From the NCBI GenBank assembly GCA_951406725.2, contig OX597821.1:106082001-106146000 (forward strand): 64,000 bases of DNA, read 5' to 3'. Every line of letters starts with the position of its first letter. Position 1 is the first letter of the stretch. The position numbers were made by a program, and so were the translations under genes. Below are positions 58,807-64,000 of the stretch, piece after piece. The DNA is from Octopus vulgaris (Eukaryota). The notes beneath the pieces were generated by a model that made no database searches, had not been told where the DNA came from, and saw only the letters and a list, made by a program, of their open reading frames with translations.

Positions 58807-60084
58807 TTAGGTTGTCAAGAAAGTTTTTGTGGCTTTTATTCTTTAAATTCAGATGCACATATCTCGGCTCAAACAAAACTTTATTAATCGAAATAAACAC
58901 CATCAGAATCAACACACTTTTGCCAACGCGAAACAAGTTTATTTATGCGCAAAAATCCTGCGTTCTGGTGGTGATGAAGTCGTTGAAGGCGCGTTTGGCA
59001 TCGTCTTGGTTTTTGAAGCGTTTCTCACGCAGGAAGTTGTCGAGATGCTTGAAAACGTGATAGTCGGTAACCGAGAGGTCTCCTGAGTATGGCGGATGAG
59101 GCAGAGTTTCGTAGCCCAATTCGTTCAACTTCTGCAGGGTCAGTTGTGCCACGTGCGGCCGAGCGTTGTGGTGGAGAAGAATTGGTCCTTTTCTATTAAC
59201 CAATGTTGGTTGTTGTTGGAGTTTCTATGCATTTCATCAATTTGTTGACTGTAATTCTTCGCTGTAATGGTTTCGCTTGGATTCAAAATGATGTGATGGA
59301 TGAGACCGTCCGCAGACCACCGAACAGTCACCATGATCTTCTTTTGGTGCAACTTTTGCTTCGGGGAGTGCTGTGGAGCTTTGTTGGCGTCCAACCACTG
59401 AGCTGAGCGTCGCCGGTTGTCGTAAAGAATCGACTTTTCATCGCAAATCACAATCGGGTCGAGAAACGGATCGTTCTTGTTGCGTAAAAGAAGGGAAGAC
59501 GACACTTCAAAATGGCGTTTTTTTCTTTTGGTTGTCGTTCATTTCGTGCGGCACCAATTTCTCAAATATTTTTGTTTTCCCAATATCTGTCAAGTCGTAG
59601 GAAATTGTCGTATACGTTACGTCTAATTCATAAGCAAGCGCTCGAACAGTTGTGCGTGGATTGGCTTCGACTAAGGTTCTTAGTTGATCGTTGTCAACAT
59701 CCGATGGGCGACCACTACGCTTATCATCTTCAAGACTCTCGTCTCCGTTACGAAATTTCTTGAACCGACATTGTGCTGTAAGTTCATTAGTGATTCCTGG
59801 GCCAAACGCATCGTTGATATCGCGATGTGTTTCAGTAGCTTTTTGGCCTACCTTGAACTGGAATTAGAAAATTGTGAGAATTTGCTTTTCATCCATGATG
59901 TATTCAACGTTCCGGAAAAAATGGCCTAATTACTCACAAAGAAAAAGAGTATCCCGATTAGATAGAGTGAAAAATGGGCTTTAAAATGATATATAAAGTC
60001 AAAGTAATTTAACGAAAATTAATTTGAAAATACATCACTCTAACCAAATTTTAAAATCCCGCAAGAACTTTCTTGACAACCTAA
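58807..60084 (-). mobile_element. Full-length mariner transposon (1278 bp)
   Basis: TIRs ttaggttgtcaagaaagtt.ttg.gg at both ends with TA TSD. Confidence 0.95.
58884..59896 (-). pseudogene. Mariner DD34D transposase (Hsmar1/cecropia-like), inactivated
   Basis: MDEKQI..SGRPS, ICDEK..YDNRRRSAQW, HHNARPH, PPYSGDLSVTDYH, RWQKCVDSDGVYFD; internal stops and frameshifts. Confidence 0.93.
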
Positions 60085-60633
60085 TATATTTAAGTATAAT
60101 TATAAAAATGGACAGAAATGATATCTGAAATGCATGTATATATTCGTATTTGTACGACTGTATATATATATGGGATGTATATGTATATCTCATATATTTA
60201 CGATTGGTTTAACCTACTGATGATTGGAAAGCGCTTCTAATATCGCAAAATACATTATCTTAAGATATAGGGTTGCCCACAATAATTTTATAAATCTTTT
60301 CTATTCAGTTTCTTCGCATACAACCTTGTGGTACACGGTCTAATTACACAAGTGATTTATAATTCACTTGGCGCCTATTTCTGGCGTACAAGCGTTGTCA
60401 ATTCATTATAATTATTATAATTATATTTTTATAAAAATACTTAATTATAAATTAAACAGTATGGCGTTATTGGCACGCTGTTCACCGATAAATAATCATT
60501 TAATAATAACTTTATCTTAATTATGTATATATATATATACCGTTAAGGCGGAATTTGCACTCATAACGTAATAAGGACGAAATGCCGATAAGCATTTTCC
60601 TCGGTGCGGTAACGATTCTGCCAGTGCGACGCG

Positions 60634-60975
60634 TTATTACCTCCGCCCTATCGAAGACGGATGTATTGTTTAGGTCGCGTTTATTTGTTTGTCTGTGGAC
60701 AAGCTATCTCAAGAACCCCTGCATAGATTCTAATGAAACTTTTAGGGATGTTTAGCCTCGTGACTGGTACGAACTCATCGGTTTTGGGGATCGATTGGTT
60801 ACAGGACAAGGATTCTGGATTATTTTTTCCGTATTCTCTACACAATGTTTGAGAACGGTCGTGTCCATTGTTAGTATTCTCGTTTATGAGCGCAGCCGAG
60901 TTTATTTCAGATATTCTCATTTTAAAAATCATCTCATTCTAATCGTTTTGAGGACGTTGGTGTTGCACTTGTTGT
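60634..60975 (+). mobile_element. DINE-1/HINE-like (Helentron-associated) non-autonomous element
   Basis: ttattacctccgcc start, ccgcc/gacgg hairpin, gtttgtctgt microsatellite, then atgaaactt core. Confidence 0.55.
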
Positions 60976-61134
60976 TTTAGTATATTAGAAGGAAACTATA
61001 TTAGAATCTACAGTCAAAATAGAAAATACACGTTCAATAAGGAACCTTATAAAGCAAGTCTACGCAAATGGGGATTTTACACAATTTATGACACGATGAA
61101 AACCTTTTACCTCATATCTATTAGTTCTTTCCAA

Positions 61135-62065
61135 TTTTGGCACACGGCCAGTATTTTAAGGGTAGGGGAAGGGTCAGGTTGACTACTTCGACCCCGGTAT
61201 TATTTTGACACATTGTTTTTTATCGACACTAAAATGGTGAATAGAAAAGTTGATCCCCGAGGATTCGAGCTCAGTGCATAAAGAGCCGAGAAAATATCAT
61301 TAAACATTTTCTCCGCCGCCTTAACGAAACGGCCAGCTTTCTGCCTTCACCACTTCCCTTATTAACAACACAACATGCTTAGCTCTAATTCGTATTTTTC
61401 TTTATCTTAATACTCAACAAGTATGAATGTACAACAGATGTTTAATATTTTTGTCTACTCTAGGTACAAGGCCAGAAAATTGTGGGGAGGGGGCCAGTCG
61501 GTTAGGTGGACCGCAGTACGTAACTGGTATTTCATTTATCGACTTCGAATGGAAGAAAGGCAAAGTCGACCTCGGCGGAATTTTAACTCAGAACATAAAG
61601 ACAGGCGAAATAGCGCTAAGCATCTCACCCGACGTGCTAACGATTCTGCCAGGTGGCCGCCTTACAATGGATATGTTCTGGGTTTGTCGTCAAATATTTT
61701 TCTCTATAAATTGATAAATTCTACTGCGAGGATTCATAACAATCAGCATAGATTATTCACTGAAAAAACAATACATTTCTTTATTTATTTCTGCCTCTAT
61801 TCAAAAACCTTCTAAGCCAACGTTATCATACAAAATTACATGTGACTCATGAGACGGCGTGGCAGCCGAAGCATTGCAGAGTAGTGGTTAAATGACTTGC
61901 CGGATTTATTTATTTCTTTTACGTTTCCGGTTCAAATCATGCTGGAGTTAAATTTGCCTTTCATCTTTCCGTAGATAACTAATAGTCAAAACAACTGACG
62001 TCAGAAGCATCGACTTAAGCCTCTCCTAAAAAAAATTCTTGCGGTTATGCTTAAATTTAAAACCA
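61135..62065. mobile_element. Three family-C SINE copies (61135-61345 -, 61455-61665 -, 61855-62065 +)
   Basis: gaaaggcaaagtcgacctcggcggaa..aactcagaac and the complementary tttgcctttcatc. Confidence 0.7.
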
Positions 62066-62318
62066 TTATTCTTGACTCATCTACAAAACATTTATTCCAA
62101 TGCCATAGTTTGGTGACGCCTTACTTTAACCATCTCTGTTTCTCATCATCAATATTTGTACATACGCATATACATCTATAGATACAAACTCTCATACACA
62201 TGCACACACGCATACATATATATGTATATATATTTATCTTCATGTATGATACATACATGCATGTGTGTGTACATATATATATATATATATATATACATAT
62301 GATACATACATGTATGTG

Positions 62319-62373
<55 letters not shown>

Positions 62374-62603
62374 TTACTCTCTTTACTCTCTTTTACTCTT
62401 TTTCTTGTTTCAGTCATTTGACTGCGGCCATGCTGGAGCACCGCCTTTAATCGAGCAACTCGACCCCGGGACTTATTCTTTTGTAAGCCCAGTACTTATT
62501 CTATTGGTCTTTTTTGCCGAACCGCTAAGTGACGGGGACGTAAACACACCAGCATCGGTTGTCAAGCAATGCTAGGGGAACAAACACAGACACACAAACA
62601 CAC

Positions 62604-62668
<65 letters not shown>

Positions 62669-62817
62669 TACGACAGGCTTCTTTCAGTTTCCGTCTACCA
62701 AATCCACTCACAAGGCATTGGTCGGCCCGGGGTTATAGCAGACGATACTTGCCCAAGATGCCACGCAGTGGGACTGAACCCGGAACCATGTGGCTGGTAA
62801 ACAAGCTACTTACCACA
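62374..62817 (-). mobile_element. SINE family A
   Basis: ttttactcttttttcttgtttcagtcatttgactgcggcc...aagctacttaccacac. Confidence 0.9.
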
Positions 62818-62832
62818 CACACACACACACAG

Positions 62833-62899
<67 letters not shown>

Positions 62900-63807
62900 T
62901 ACACATATTCTCATGTATACATAAATATACATGTGTGTGTTTGTGAATAACTCATCGCATATGTACTCGCGTATGTATGCGCTTGTTTACGTGTGATCGT
63001 ATGAGTACGCATAAATTCGTTGGTGAACATCTGGAGAAAAAGTTAGCTGTTATATCACAGCTATCGTCTACCCTTTCTTCAAAACGAAGTAAGTTAATCC
63101 AGATAAAACAGAAACATAATAAACATCCATTTATAACAATAAACAATAAAATGAGAAGTCGTCAAGTTGACAAGAGGACCATTACATCCTTTGGGAATAA
63201 CCCATGACATACCGCATCATTTAATGTACAGAGCAGTCGCCGTGTGTTTGCCAACATATTGCAGTGAGAGGTGCGGTAGGAGTAGTGGTGGTGAATGCAA
63301 GTGTTTAAGAAAAAAATACGATTAATACTTCTTAAATTAAAGAATAAATTATAAGTTTTAGCTTTCCTTAAATATTCACATTTAATTTTAGCTAAACACA
63401 CAAACACACATACAAACACTTATACACATACACATTCACGCACGTACACACACACATATATGCACACACACAAAGGCACACACAAACATTCATATATACA
63501 TAAATGTCAAAATAAGAATATGATGGTTAATCTATATATGCATATATATGAGAATATGTATGTGACTCACACATACACGCACGTACACACACATACATGC
63601 TCACACACACACACAAACATTCATATATGCATACGTATATACATGTCAAAATAATGATATGCTGGTTAATGTATGTATGCATATATATGAGAGAGTTTGT
63701 GTGTGTGTATATTTATAAACAAATGTACAATTGTATATATGTATTTATATATATGCATATATATATATACATACATATATGTATATATATATGGGTGTGT
63801 GTGTATG

Positions 63808-63841
<34 letters not shown>

Positions 63842-63956
63842 TGTATATACATATGTATATATATATATATCCTTACATATATATGCATATGTAAATATAT
63901 GCATATATGTATATATAACAAGACATATAGATGTGTGAGTATATATATACATATAT

Positions 63957-64000
<44 letters not shown>

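Larger units (their letters stand above)
58288..60536. mobile_element. Old inverted-repeat, PLE-like non-coding element interrupted by the mariner
   Basis: 58288-58575 is inverted at 60128-60445; 58730-58806 plus 60087-60110 is inverted at 60420-60536. Confidence 0.65.

Overview
AT-rich eukaryotic non-coding DNA dominated by microsatellites and transposable elements. The SINE families resemble, from memory, those of a coleoid cephalopod (Octopus), but no search was run. I can support no host gene exon, and most listed ORFs are simple-repeat artefacts. The window holds many tRNA-derived SINEs from several modular families, a full-length decayed mariner plus older mariner relics, Penelope-like (PLE) RT and GIY-YIG fragments, Tx1/L1-like and CR1-like LINE fragments, three copies of a TTAGGG-carrying MITE, and Helitron/Helentron-type elements. 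Two things stand out. (1) A 2.17-kb, TSD-flanked retroelement (25183-27354) carries only a Gag/ORF1-like zinc-knuckle reading frame and no RT, and a distant relative lies at 42.5-43.95 kb. (2) Several unrelated short non-coding elements carry minimal hammerhead-ribozyme folds, mostly in back-to-back inverted arrangements beside (TA)n tracts; one is a ~490-nt circularly permuted, retrozyme-like unit at 39.5-40.6 kb. Coordinates were read by eye, so boundaries of decayed elements are approximate.
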